Shown here: piece by piece, positions 40,020-50,113 of the stretch
Position numbering within the stretch: position 1 is the stretch's first letter
Layout of the letters: each line of letters begins with the position of its first letter
Origin: an uncultured Gemmatimonadales bacterium
Lineage (GTDB): Bacteria; Gemmatimonadota; Gemmatimonadetes; Longimicrobiales; RSA9
Reading direction: 5' to 3'
Assembly (NCBI GenBank): GCA_963708135.1
Contig: OY970192.1
Location: 4,096,001-4,160,000, forward strand
DNA: 64,000 bases
The notes under the pieces: model-generated
What the model was told of the DNA's origin: nothing
What the model saw: only the letters and a program-made list of their open reading frames with translations
Database searches by the model: none
Translations under genes and position numbers: made by a program

Positions 40020-43000
40020 TCACCCCGGCGGCGCCCGGACCGCGTCCGGAGCCGCCGGCCGGCCCAGGGCGGCGCGTACGGCCAGGGTCAGCCCTTCCGG
40101 CGTGAAGGGTTTCTGCAGGAAACCAGCCTCCGCCTCGATCGGATCCTGTCGGCTCGCCTCGTCGGTGTACCCGGACATGTAGAGCACTCGCATCTCGGGC
40201 CGGTGCGGCCGCAGCCGCTGGGCCAGCTCGCGGCCGCCCACGTGCGGCATGATGATGTCCGTCAGCAGCAGATGGATCGGCCCCTCGTGGCCATCCGCGA
40301 TGCGCAACGCCGTCACCCCGTCGTCGGCCACCAGCACCTGGTAGCCGTCGCGCTCCATCAGCTTCCGCACGAGCGCGCGCACCGCCGGCTCGTCCTCCGC
40401 CACGAGCACGGTCTCCCCGCCTCGCGGCCTGGTCGCCGGTCCGCTGGCGTCCGTCGGCGCCGCTGCCTCCTCGACCCGCGGGAGCCAGATGGTGAACGTC
40501 GAGCCACGCCCCGGCACACTGTCCACGTCGATCACGCCATCGCTCTGCTTCACGATCCCGTAGACGGTCGACAGGCCGAGCCCGGTGCCCTTTCCCTGCT
40601 CCTTGGTGGTGAAGAACGGCTCGAACGCCCTCCGCTGCACCTCCTCCGACATCCCGCTCCCGGTGTCGCTGACCTGGAGCCGCACGTACGGTCCGGGGGC
40701 GATCGGCGGCGCGAGCCGCGCCGCCTCCGCCGCGTCGACCTCCACCGCCTCCGTCCGGATACGCAGCACACCGCCGGTCGGCATGGCGTCTCGCGCGTTC
40801 ACCGCCAGATTCAGGAGCACCTGCTCGAGCTGGCTCCGGTCCGCCCTCACCCGCCCCGCGTCCACCCCCTCGGTCACCAGCCGGATCTGCTCGCCGATCA
40901 GTCGGCCGAGCATCCGCTCCATCTCGGCCACCACGTGGTGGGGGTCGAGCACGCGCGGCTGCAGCACCTGTCGTCGGCTGAAGGCGAGAAGTTGCCGCGT
41001 GAGCGACGCCGCCCGTTCCGCCGCCTTCACGACCTCCTGCAGGTCCGGCTGGACCGGGCTGTCCTCCGGCAGCGTCTCGCGCACGAGGTCGGCGTGGCCC
41101 TGGATCGCCGTGAGCAAATTGTTGAAGTCGTGCGCCACGCCGCCCGCGAGCTGGCCGACCGCCTCCATCTTCTGGGCCTGCCGGAGCTGCTCCTCGCTCG
41201 AGCGCAGCGCCGCCTCGGCCTCCAGCCGCTCCGAGATGTCGCGGCCATGGGACACGACCCCAGCCACGGAGGGGACGTGCAGCAGGTTGTGGCGCACCAC
41301 CTCCATGGTGCGCCAGCCGCCGTCGCCGTGGCGGTAGCGCGCGACCACCGTCAGCTTCCGTCCCGGCTCCTCCATGACGCGGCGGAAGCTCGCCGCCGCG
41401 TGCTCTCGGTCGTCCGGGTGCACGAACTCGCGGAAATTGGCGCCGATCCATGCCGAGGCGGGCACCTCGAGCACGCGCTCGATCGCCGGGCCGACGTAGC
41501 GCAGCCGGCCTTCCGCGTCGCTGACCGTGATCATGTCCGAGGTGTTGTCGATCAGCGAGCGGAAGTACTCCTCGCTCTGGCGCAGCGCCGCCTCCATGCG
41601 CTTGCGCTCCGTGATGTCGTGGAGGATCCCCTGATAGCCGGCCAGCCGCCCGTCCCGGCGGACCGCCGTGGCCGTGAGCAGGCAATGGACCGTCTCGCCG
41701 TCCTTGCGCCGCAGCTCGACCTCCATGTCCCGGACGAAGCCCGGCCCGGCAATGGCGGCCTGGAACAGCTGGCGCGCCTCCGGATCGACGTAGAGATCGG
41801 GCGTCCGCACCGGCGCGGCGTCGGCCCGGCTATAGCCGAGCAGCTCGTAAGCGGCGTCGTTCGCCTCGAGGACCCGCCCTTCCTCATCCGAGAAGAAGAT
41901 CGCGTCGCGCGAGCTCATGAACAGCGCCGCGAAGCGCTCCTCGCTCTCCCGCAGCCGCTTCTCCGCCTCCCGGCGCTCGCTCACGTCGCGCGAGTTCAGC
42001 ACGATCCCGTGCACCACCGGGTCGTGGAGCAGATTCGTGGACGTGACCTCCAGGATCCGGTAGGCGCCGTCGGCGCCGCGCGCGCGCAACTCGACCGTCA
42101 CCGCCGCGCCCGGCGAGGCCAGGATCGTCCGGAACGCCTCGCCCACCCGCGGCAGATCTTCGGGATGCACTACATCGAAGGCCGGCCGGCCCTTCCGCGA
42201 CGCGGGGTCCCATCCGAGCATCCGCTCCATCGCGGGGCTCGAGTACTGGACCGTGCCGTCTTCGTCCAGGATGCTGACCAGGTCCGACGCGTTCTCGATC
42301 AGCGAGCGGAAATACTGCTCGCTCCGCCGCAGCGCCGTCTCCGCCCGCTTCCGCTCCGTCACGTCCCGCACGATGAACTGCAGCTCGCCGGTGGCCAGCC
42401 GGGTCGCGCCGATCTCGGCGGGGAAGCGCGTACCGTCCTTCCGCACCAGGGGCCGCTCCACCACCACCGCCTCGACGCCGATCGACGGCAGGTCCAGGGG
42501 CGCCTGCTCAAGGCTCTCCGGCGCCACCACATCCCCCAGCGTACGGCCGCTCACCTCGTCGCGGCCGAGCCCCAGCATCTCGGCGCCACGCCGGTTCGCC
42601 GCGCGGAACCGCCCGGCGGGATCCGTCAGGAAGATGCCGTCCGAGGCCTGCTCCAGCACCATCCGGTAGCGCGCCTCGCTCTCGCGGAGCGCTTCTTCCG
42701 TCCGGTCCCGTTCCGTCACGTCGCGGATGATGCCCTGATAGCCGAGCACGCCGCCGTCCGCTCCGCGCCGAAGCGTGGACGTGAGAAGGCAGCGCATGAC
42801 GCTCCCGTCCTTCTTCCGGAGCTCCACCGGGAAATCGCGCACCGAGCCGGTCCGCTCGACCGCCTCCTGGAAGCGCGCCCGCTCCTCTTCGCGCACGTAC
42901 AGGCTGGCCGCGCCGCCCGCGATCTGCTCGGGGCTGAACAGCTCCAGCGCCGCGTCGTTCATCTCGAGGATGCCGCCGTCCCGCGAGGTGATGTAGACCG

Positions 43001-43451
43001 CGTCCCGGCAGTCCTGGAAGAGGATCCTGTACCTCGCCTCCAGCTCGCGCAGCGCCTCGCGGGCGCCGCGCCGCTCGAGTGCATCCCGGACGGCTCGCTC
43101 GATCAGCTCCACGGCCGCATGGTCGGTGCGGACGTAGTCGTCCGCGCCCCGCCGCAGCGCGGCGACCAGGGCGCCATCATCGGCGCCCCGGGCGAGCACC
43201 AGGATGGGCGTGTCCGGCGCAGCCGCGCGCAGCCGCGCGCAGCCCCGGTCGCCGCCCTCCTCGCCGAGAACGCTCACGTCCAGCAGGATCAGCGCGTACC
43301 GGCGCGCGGAGAGTGCCTTCAGCGCTGTTTCGACGGACGTCGCGCGAAAGCGCGGAGACGGGGCGCCGTCCGCGGCGAGCGCAGCATCCACCGTCGGATC
43401 GTGGACGCCCGGTGCCCGGATCAGCAGGATCTGGATCGGTTGGACTGCCAT
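40020..43451 (-). CDS. hybrid sensor histidine kinase (REC-5xPAS-HisKA-HATPase-REC)
   Basis: AHDFNNLL, LNLAVNARDAM, FEPFFTTK..GKGTGLGL, five PAS repeats, C-terminal REC (EDE, TD, QKPF). Confidence 0.93.
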   Translation of the reverse strand: MAVQPIQILLIRAPGVHDPTVDAALAADGAPSPRFRATSVETALKALSARRYALILLDVSVLGEEGGDRGCARLRAAAPDTPILVLARGADDGALVAALRRGADDYVRTDHAAVELIERAVRDALERRGAREALRELEARYRILFQDCRDAVYITSRDGGILEMNDAALELFSPEQIAGGAASLYVREEERARFQEAVERTGSVRDFPVELRKKDGSVMRCLLTSTLRRGADGGVLGYQGIIRDVTERDRTEEALRESEARYRMVLEQASDGIFLTDPAGRFRAANRRGAEMLGLGRDEVSGRTLGDVVAPESLEQAPLDLPSIGVEAVVVERPLVRKDGTRFPAEIGATRLATGELQFIVRDVTERKRAETALRRSEQYFRSLIENASDLVSILDEDGTVQYSSPAMERMLGWDPASRKGRPAFDVVHPEDLPRVGEAFRTILASPGAAVTVELRARGADGAYRILEVTSTNLLHDPVVHGIVLNSRDVSERREAEKRLRESEERFAALFMSSRDAIFFSDEEGRVLEANDAAYELLGYSRADAAPVRTPDLYVDPEARQLFQAAIAGPGFVRDMEVELRRKDGETVHCLLTATAVRRDGRLAGYQGILHDITERKRMEAALRQSEEYFRSLIDNTSDMITVSDAEGRLRYVGPAIERVLEVPASAWIGANFREFVHPDDREHAAASFRRVMEEPGRKLTVVARYRHGDGGWRTMEVVRHNLLHVPSVAGVVSHGRDISERLEAEAALRSSEEQLRQAQKMEAVGQLAGGVAHDFNNLLTAIQGHADLVRETLPEDSPVQPDLQEVVKAAERAASLTRQLLAFSRRQVLQPRVLDPHHVVAEMERMLGRLIGEQIRLVTEGVDAGRVRADRSQLEQVLLNLAVNARDAMPTGGVLRIRTEAVEVDAAEAARLAPPIAPGPYVRLQVSDTGSGMSEEVQRRAFEPFFTTKEQGKGTGLGLSTVYGIVKQSDGVIDVDSVPGRGSTFTIWLPRVEEAAAPTDASGPATRPRGGETVLVAEDEPAVRALVRKLMERDGYQVLVADDGVTALRIADGHEGPIHLLLTDIIMPHVGGRELAQRLRPHRPEMRVLYMSGYTDEASRQDPIEAEAGFLQKPFTPEGLTLAVRAALGRPAAPDAVRAPPG

Positions 43452-43643
43452 TGAGGGTGTGCCGCCGCTCGGCGCCGCCGCGCGAGTACGGGTGCTGTTG
43501 GGATCGATGAGTGCCGCGGGCGTCCGGGGTCGGTCAGCGGAGTGATTCGATTCCCAAGATCGCACCGCCCGCACCGGCAGGCAAGCGTTCGGCGCCGCGG
43601 TTCCTCCCGCTGCGCGCCCTGCCCTCCTTTCGCGGCGGCCGGG

Positions 43644-44489
43644 CTACTCCAGCGCGGGCATGCCCGGGTTGGCAGCCGCGGCGGCCTCGGCGGCCGCCTG
43701 TGCCGCGCGGCCGTAGTACTTCTCGGCGAACTCGCGGGCGCCCGTCGTGCGCGCGTACAGCACGCGCGCCAGCCGCACGATCGAGAGGGCGCGGATGTAG
43801 ATCCAGCCGATGTCGAACTCCCACCAGTGCGCCTTGAACTTGGCGGAGCGCGGGTCCGCGTGGTGGTTGTTGTGGAGCTCCTCGCCCACGATCCAGAAGC
43901 CGAACGGGTAGATGTTGTGGCTCTCGTCGCGCGTGTCGAAGTTGCGGTAGCCGAGCGCGTGGCCGATACCGTTGATGATGTTGCCCATGATCGGCACCCA
44001 GACCGCCGTTCCCGTCCACGCGAGTGCCCCGACCAGGGGGCCGAAGAGCAGGATGTCGAGCCCGAGAAGGAGCACGAGCCCGGTGAAGGGGTGTGCCGAG
44101 TAGACGTGCCTCTCGATCCGGTCGTCCGGACAGTCCTTGCCGTACTTCTCGATCATCGCATGGTCGGCCGTGGCCTTCCTGTAGAAGAAGACCCCGCCGA
44201 GCACGATGGCCCAGAACCCCTCCTCCGCCGGCGAGTGCGGATCGCCCGGGCGGTCCGCGAAGGCATGGTGCTTCCGGTGCACCGCCACCCACTCGCGCGT
44301 CTTCATCCCGGTCGTCAGCCAGAGCCACGCCCGCATGGCGTGCGCGACGATGGGGTGGAAGACGACCCCCTGGTGCGTCATGGAGCGGTGCAGGTAGAGC
44401 GTCACGCATACGTTCGTCAGGTGCCCGACCACCGCCACGTACAGGACGGGCAGCCACCAGGTGTGCGCGAGGGAGCCGAGCAGGGGCAT
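43644..44489 (-). CDS. acyl-lipid/acyl-CoA delta-9-type fatty acid desaturase
   Basis: His boxes HRSMTH, HRKHH and HNNHH. Confidence 0.92.
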   Translation of the reverse strand: MPLLGSLAHTWWLPVLYVAVVGHLTNVCVTLYLHRSMTHQGVVFHPIVAHAMRAWLWLTTGMKTREWVAVHRKHHAFADRPGDPHSPAEEGFWAIVLGGVFFYRKATADHAMIEKYGKDCPDDRIERHVYSAHPFTGLVLLLGLDILLFGPLVGALAWTGTAVWVPIMGNIINGIGHALGYRNFDTRDESHNIYPFGFWIVGEELHNNHHADPRSAKFKAHWWEFDIGWIYIRALSIVRLARVLYARTTGAREFAEKYYGRAAQAAAEAAAAANPGMPALE

Positions 44490-44615
44490 GCGGGTGTCCT
44501 CCTGTTGAACAACGACGGCCCGGCGCGACTCCGCGCACGGGCCTTTGACTCTGAAGTATCGCGGCGCCGCGCAGGGCCCGCAACCCGCGCACCCGAACCG
44601 ACGAACGCGCGCCTT

Positions 44616-45374
44616 CTAGCGGCCGCCAGCCACGCTCACCACCTCGCCCGTGATCCAGCCGGCATAATCGGAGGCCAGAAACAGGACCGCGTGGGCAATG
44701 TCCGCCGGACTGCCGAGCCGCCGCAGCGCGATCCGCTCCACCAGCGCGCGCTGGCCCTCCGGCCCGTAGGATTCCCACTGCCGCTCGGTGGTCGGGTTCG
44801 AGCGGACGAACCCCGGGGCGACACTGTTGACCGTGATCCCGAACGGCCCGAGCTCGTGCGCGAGCTGCCGGGTGAGCCCGATCTGCGCCGCCTTGGCCGC
44901 CGCGTACGCCTGGATCCCGGTGAGGCTCACCCCTAGACCGGCGCCGCTCGAGACGTTCACGATGCGGCCGTAGCCCGCCCGCTTCATGCCCCGCGCCACC
45001 GCCTGCGAGAGGTGGAAGGAGCCCGTGACGTTGACGTCGAAGATCGCCTGCCACTCCGCGGACACGACGTCCTCCAGCGGGCGACCGACCTGCCCCAGCA
45101 CCCCGCCCGCGTCGTTCACCAGCACGTCCACGGGACCCGCCTCCGCTTCCGCTTCAGCGACGAGCGCGCCCACCGCCTCGCGGTCCGTCACGTCCGCCAC
45201 CCGGGCGCGGCACGCTGCACCGCACAGCGCCCGGGTCTCCTCGAGCTCGTCGGCGAGGATGTCGCATGCCCAGACGCGCGCGCCCAGCGCCGCGAGCTGC
45301 CGCGCGATCTCCCGGCCGAAGCCGTGCGCCGCCCCCGTCACGATCGCGCTGCGCCCGTCGAAGCGGACGTTCAT
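44616..45374 (-). CDS. SDR-family oxidoreductase
   Basis: TGAAHGFG, NDAG, YAAAK and APG. Confidence 0.92.
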   Translation of the reverse strand: MNVRFDGRSAIVTGAAHGFGREIARQLAALGARVWACDILADELEETRALCGAACRARVADVTDREAVGALVAEAEAEAGPVDVLVNDAGGVLGQVGRPLEDVVSAEWQAIFDVNVTGSFHLSQAVARGMKRAGYGRIVNVSSGAGLGVSLTGIQAYAAAKAAQIGLTRQLAHELGPFGITVNSVAPGFVRSNPTTERQWESYGPEGQRALVERIALRRLGSPADIAHAVLFLASDYAGWITGEVVSVAGGR

Positions 45375-46408
45375 GGCCGCGCCTCCTCCACTTCGAGATG
45401 CCGGCGCAAAACCTCTACCGTGGCCACCGCCTGCGGCCGCGAGCCGGCCTCGACCTCGTGGATCAGCGCCACCAGCCGCGCGTTCAGCGGCGTCGGCACG
45501 CCGGCGCTCGCGCCCCGCGCCACGACGGGCCCGAGCTGCGCGTCCACCTCGGTGCTGCGGTGGCGCACGGCCAGATCGCGCCAGATCCCGCTGTGCGTCT
45601 TGGCGGAGCCGCGGTTGTGCCGCACCAGGCCGTCCAGCGACCGCTCCGCCGCGTCCGGCGGTGCCTCCGCCGCGAAGGCGGCCGGCTCGAAGCCGTCGAA
45701 GGACTCGAGGCGAACTCCCTCGGCCACGGCGACCGCCAGCACCTCGCGGGCGAGGGCGGTGTAGAGCGCGCGGTGCTCGGGGCGCGCCAGCGCGTCGGCG
45801 ATCCCCTCGTCGCTCAGCGCCGTGCAGAAGAGCATCGATGCATAGGCCAGCTTGCTCCACAGGTAGCCCTGGACGTTCTGGCTGAGCAGGGCGCGCGGCT
45901 CGAGGGCCCGGAACAGCGCATGGATCCGCCGCGCCCGTGCCGTCAGTCCCCCATCGACCTCGCCTACCACGACCGTGCCCCGGCCGCCGTGGTGGATCAC
46001 CCCCGGCTCGAGGTAGTCCGCGCCGAAGTTGACGAAGCAGCCGAAGGTCCGCTCCGGCCCGACCACCTCCGCGATGACCGGCTCGTTGAGCCCGTTCTGC
46101 ACGGAGACGACGACGCCGTCCGCCGCGAGATGCGGCGCGATCTGGCGCGCGGCCGCGGAGGTGTGGTGCGCTTTCACGCACAGCAGCACGGTCCCGAGCG
46201 GCCCTTCCACCTCGCCCGGGAGCGCCGCGGCCGCGGGCACCGTGTACGCCTCGACGGGACCCGTGATGCGCAGCCCCCGCTCCCGCATCGCCGCCACGTG
46301 CTCCGGCACCGAGTCGACGAACAGCACGTCGTGGCCGGCGCGGACGAGGGCCGCGCCGAGCGTGCCGCCGATCGCGCCCGCGCCCCAGACGACGAGCTGC
46401 GCGCTCAT
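45371..46408 (-). CDS. ketopantoate reductase (PanE/ApbA) family protein
   Basis: GAGAIGG, LCVKA, SVQNGL, LWSKL and SGIWRDL...TEVD. Confidence 0.88.
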   Translation of the reverse strand: MSAQLVVWGAGAIGGTLGAALVRAGHDVLFVDSVPEHVAAMRERGLRITGPVEAYTVPAAAALPGEVEGPLGTVLLCVKAHHTSAAARQIAPHLAADGVVVSVQNGLNEPVIAEVVGPERTFGCFVNFGADYLEPGVIHHGGRGTVVVGEVDGGLTARARRIHALFRALEPRALLSQNVQGYLWSKLAYASMLFCTALSDEGIADALARPEHRALYTALAREVLAVAVAEGVRLESFDGFEPAAFAAEAPPDAAERSLDGLVRHNRGSAKTHSGIWRDLAVRHRSTEVDAQLGPVVARGASAGVPTPLNARLVALIHEVEAGSRPQAVATVEVLRRHLEVEEARP

Positions 46409-47106
46409 GCCCACGGCCCCTCGATCACCCGCCGCGTCTCGGCCACGGCGGTCTCCCAGAGGGCCAGCATCTCCTCGTCGCTGCGCTGGTAGACGCCCGC
46501 GAAGTTGCCGTCCCCGAGGTAGTCTCGGACCTCGGCCGGCGTCATGAGCGCCATGCGCTCGCGCTCGATCGGGGCCTTGCCGACCGCCGGCATCTCGACG
46601 CCGGTCAGCCTCGTCCACGGGAAGTTCTCCATCCAGGAAGCGTGCGAGGCCACGGGATCGATCGCCTGCACCTTCGCCCAGGTCTCGGGCGCGTTCCACC
46701 AGTTGTGCACCTTCACCCGGACGCCCGGACGGTCTGCCATCCACTCCACCGCCCGCGCGGCGCCCGGCGCGTTGCCGCCGTGGCCGTTCACGAGCACGAT
46801 GCGGCGGAACCCGGCGCCCGCCAGACTGTCGAGGATGTCCGCGATGATCCGGACGTAGGTCTCCACCCGCAGCGCGACCGTGCCGGGGTAGCCCAGGAAG
46901 TACGGCGAGATCCCGAACGGTAGGACGGGGAACACCGGGACGCCGAGCGGCTCGGCCGCCTCCACCGCGACCCGCTCCGGCAGGATGCTGTCCACGAGCA
47001 GGCTCAGATAGCCGTGCTGCTCGGTGCTTCCCAGCGGCACGACCGCGCGGTCGTCGCCCTCGAGGTACGCCTCGACCCCCATCCAGCTCATGTCCCGGAT
47101 CCTCAC
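46405..47106 (-). CDS. creatininase-family amidohydrolase
   Basis: PLGSTEQHGYLSL.VD, NGHGGN and HASWME. Confidence 0.9.
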   Translation of the reverse strand: MRIRDMSWMGVEAYLEGDDRAVVPLGSTEQHGYLSLLVDSILPERVAVEAAEPLGVPVFPVLPFGISPYFLGYPGTVALRVETYVRIIADILDSLAGAGFRRIVLVNGHGGNAPGAARAVEWMADRPGVRVKVHNWWNAPETWAKVQAIDPVASHASWMENFPWTRLTGVEMPAVGKAPIERERMALMTPAEVRDYLGDGNFAGVYQRSDEEMLALWETAVAETRRVIEGPWA

Positions 47107-48467
47107 GGCTCGCCTCCCAGCAGCATGTAAAGCCGGCTCATGACGCGCATCCCCTTCTGCAGGTGATCGATCGGGAACCACTCGTTTGGCGCGTGCATGT
47201 TCGCCCCCGGCAGCGCGAGGCCGAGCACCGCCACCGGCGCGCCCAGCGCGTCGCGCAGCTCGGGCGCGATCGGCAGCGTGCCGCCATGGGCGACGAGGAC
47301 CGGCGCCACGCCGAAGACCTCCTCGAGCGCACGCCCGGCGGCACGGAACAGCGGCGCGTCGGGATCCTCCCTCCACGGCCGGTTCCCCTGGAGCGTTCTG
47401 AGAGCGACGCTCACGCCCTCCGGCTTCACCCGCTCAATGTGTGCCCCGAGCAGCGCGCCGATCCGCTCCGGCTCCTGTTCCGGCACCAGCCGGCAGCTGA
47501 GCTTGGCCACGGCTCTCGCCGGCAGCACCGTCTTCTTGCCCGGGCCGGTGTAGCCGGAAACCAGCCCGTTGACGTCCAGGGTCGGCCGGATCCACAGGCG
47601 CTCCGGCGTGCTGTAGCCGGCCTCTCCCACCAGCGCGGCGCCCCCGGCCGTGGCGCGGAATGCGGACTCATCGAAACCCAGCGCCGCCCACCCCTCGCGC
47701 ACCCCGGCGGGCGGGGGGGCCACGTGGTCGTAGAAGCCCTCGATCGCCACGTGTCCCGGGGCGTCGTGGAGTGAGGCGATGATCGCCGCGAGGGCGTTGG
47801 CCGGGTTCGGCACGGCGCCGCCGTACTGTCCCGAGTGCAGGTCGATGGTGCCGATCCGCACCTCCAGCTCGAAGTAGGCGATGCCGCGCATCCCGAAGAT
47901 CAGCGAGGGCCGGCCGGGCGCGAACATCATTGAATCCGCGATCAGCGCGTGATCCGCGCCGAGCAGCGCGGCATGGCGATGGACGTACGGCACCAGGTTC
48001 GGCGAGCCGATCTCCTCCTCGCCCTCGAGGAGCAGGATCAGATTGAGCGGCACCGCTCCCGTCGCCAGCGCGGCCTCGGCCGCCGCGACCTGCACCAGAA
48101 CCTGCGTCTTGTCGTCGGCCGCGCCCCGGCCGAGCAGCCGTCCATCCCGCACCTCCGGCTCGAAGGGGGACGTGTGCCACTCCGCCAGCGGGTCCGCCGG
48201 CTGCACGTCGTAATGGCCGTAGACGAGGAGCGTTGGAGCGTCAGGTCCGGCGAGGTGCCGGGCCAGCACGAGCGGGTGGCCGCCGGTTTCCTCGACCGAC
48301 GCGCTCAGCCCCGCGCGGGCCGCCCGCGCCGCCAGCCATTCCGCGGTCCGTCGGACCTCGCCTGCGCAGCCGGGGTCGGTGCTGATGCTGCGCAGCCGCA
48401 GGAGCTCGAGCAGCTCCTGGCGGAAGCGTGGCAGCTCCCTCGCGATATAGGCATCGGCGTCGGTCAT
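47103..48467 (-). CDS. M20-family dipeptidase/amidohydrolase
   Basis: YGHYDVQP, GRGAADDK, EGEEEIGS and HAPNE. Confidence 0.92.
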   Translation of the reverse strand: MTDADAYIARELPRFRQELLELLRLRSISTDPGCAGEVRRTAEWLAARAARAGLSASVEETGGHPLVLARHLAGPDAPTLLVYGHYDVQPADPLAEWHTSPFEPEVRDGRLLGRGAADDKTQVLVQVAAAEAALATGAVPLNLILLLEGEEEIGSPNLVPYVHRHAALLGADHALIADSMMFAPGRPSLIFGMRGIAYFELEVRIGTIDLHSGQYGGAVPNPANALAAIIASLHDAPGHVAIEGFYDHVAPPPAGVREGWAALGFDESAFRATAGGAALVGEAGYSTPERLWIRPTLDVNGLVSGYTGPGKKTVLPARAVAKLSCRLVPEQEPERIGALLGAHIERVKPEGVSVALRTLQGNRPWREDPDAPLFRAAGRALEEVFGVAPVLVAHGGTLPIAPELRDALGAPVAVLGLALPGANMHAPNEWFPIDHLQKGMRVMSRLYMLLGGEP

Positions 48468-48590
48468 GGCCGCGGGCTCGGCGGATCCGGGATCGGACGG
48501 GATAGCGCGGCTAAAGCTCGGCCTTCGGGCGCACCGCCGCAAGCGAGCGGTCCGGCTTGACGCTCCGGAGCCGCTGCGCTATTCCACAGC

Positions 48591-48887
48591 ATGAGCCGTC
48601 GCCTTCTCACCACCCGTCGGCGTATCCCGCTCGACCGCCTGGAGGAGTACCTGGCCGACTGGCGCGAGGTGCGCCGCGCCGTGCGCGCCGCGGGCGGACA
48701 CGCCTGGCTGTTCCGCGGCGAGGAGCGCGAGGATCGCTTTCTCGAGTTCGTCGAGTCGGATGTGTCTATCGAGCTGGCTGCGGAGCCGCGGGTGGCCGAG
48801 GCGCGCGAGACGCTGGAGGACGGGTTCGGCCAGGAGTGGAGCGACGTGTGGACCGAGGCCCCGGAGGGAGCCGACGATGGAGAATGA
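48591..48887 (+). CDS. hypothetical protein (possible ferredoxin-like/ABM fold)
   Basis: Protein-like composition; overlaps the pyrE start; preceded by TTGACG-17-TATTCC. Confidence 0.6.
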   Translation: MSRRLLTTRRRIPLDRLEEYLADWREVRRAVRAAGGHAWLFRGEEREDRFLEFVESDVSIELAAEPRVAEARETLEDGFGQEWSDVWTEAPEGADDGE

Positions 48888-49455
48888 GCGCGCTCGACTG
48901 CTGCGCCTCCTGATCGATCGATCGCTGCGCCGGGGCAGCTTCGTCCTGGCGAGTGGCGCGCACTCGGACTACTACATCGACGCGCGCCGAACGACGATGG
49001 CGGGACTCGGACAGTTGCTGATCGGGATCCTCGGCCTCGAGGCGATCGATGCGCAGGGCTGGGCGCCCGCGGCCGTCGGCGGGCTCACGCTCGGCGCCGA
49101 CCCCGTCGCCTACGCGATCGCGCACGCCGCCGCGCGCGCCGGCCGCACGCTCGATGCCTTCACCGTCCGGAAGCAGCCGAAGGGGCACGGCGCCGGGCGG
49201 CTGATCGAGGGGGCCTTCGAGCCGGGGATGCCGGTCGTCGCCATCGAGGACACGGTCACGACGGGCGAGAGCGCCCTCCGCGCGGTGGCCGCCGTCGAGG
49301 CGGCGCGCGGATCCGTCGCGGGAGTGCTGGCCGTCGTGGACCGCGAGGGTGGTGGACGGGAGCGGATCGAGGCGGCCGGCTACCCGCTGCATGCGCTGTT
49401 CACCTCGGCCGAGCTGCTTGCCGCCCCGGCCACCGGGGGTTCGAGCCCCGGCTGA
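48877..49455 (+). CDS. pyrE: orotate phosphoribosyltransferase
   Basis: FVLASG.HSDYYIDAR, VRKQPKGHG and the PRPP-binding motif IEDTVTTGES. Confidence 0.93.
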   Translation: MENERARLLRLLIDRSLRRGSFVLASGAHSDYYIDARRTTMAGLGQLLIGILGLEAIDAQGWAPAAVGGLTLGADPVAYAIAHAAARAGRTLDAFTVRKQPKGHGAGRLIEGAFEPGMPVVAIEDTVTTGESALRAVAAVEAARGSVAGVLAVVDREGGGRERIEAAGYPLHALFTSAELLAAPATGGSSPG

Positions 49456-49459
49456 GAGG

Positions 49460-50029
49460 CTAGGGCGCGCTGGTGGGTCCCGGCCAGATCAGCTCCCGAT
49501 CGATCTGGCGCGTCAGCGGCAGCAGCTCCTCCTGTGCCGCTTCCAGCCGCCCCTCGTAGACCCGCTTCCGCTCCGGGTCCATGTGGGCGCGAAAGTACTC
49601 GCTCGTCATGACCGGCCCGGGTCTTCCCTCCACCACTCCGACGACCTCCCCCAGAAAGAAGGTGGCCGCGCCGGTGTCCATGGCGTTGACGACGCGGCAG
49701 TCGAAGCCGGCCACGCAGTCCGCGAGGAGAGGGCAGCCGGTCTCGGAAGTCACGACGTCGATCCCGGCCAGCTTGTCCACGTCGCGACCGCTCTGCAGCC
49801 CCAGGTGCCAGATCAGCTCCCACTGGTCGGCCCGGAGCAGGTGTGCGCCGAAGACGCCGCTACCCCAGATGAGGTCGTGCGTCAGGTTCGTCTTGGACAC
49901 GTACATCGAGACCCGAGGGATCGACGGAACGAGCGAGGCGCGCTGGGCGCTGTTCACGATCATGCCGTTCGTCCGCCCCCCCGCCGAGCTCGTGATGGCG
50001 ACGACGGGCAGTGTCAGGTTGCGGAGCAT
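49460..50029 (-). CDS. flavin reductase family protein
   Basis: NGMIV, SLVP, NLTHDLI, GLQSGRDVDK and FFLGEVV. The true start may be GTG at 50051, out of frame by one base. Confidence 0.85.
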   Translation of the reverse strand: MLRNLTLPVVAITSSAGGRTNGMIVNSAQRASLVPSIPRVSMYVSKTNLTHDLIWGSGVFGAHLLRADQWELIWHLGLQSGRDVDKLAGIDVVTSETGCPLLADCVAGFDCRVVNAMDTGAATFFLGEVVGVVEGRPGPVMTSEYFRAHMDPERKRVYEGRLEAAQEELLPLTRQIDRELIWPGPTSAP

Positions 50030-50113
50030 TCTGATAGAGCGGATCCAGCACGGTCCCTTCCTTCCCTGGTCTCGTCCCGGCTGGCGACGCCGGATCGGGC
50101 GGCGATGATGCCT

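Noticed and set aside
33543..43454. Long ORFs 33543..37646(-) and 40203..43454(+)
   Set aside because: Antisense mirrors of the receptor and kinase genes.
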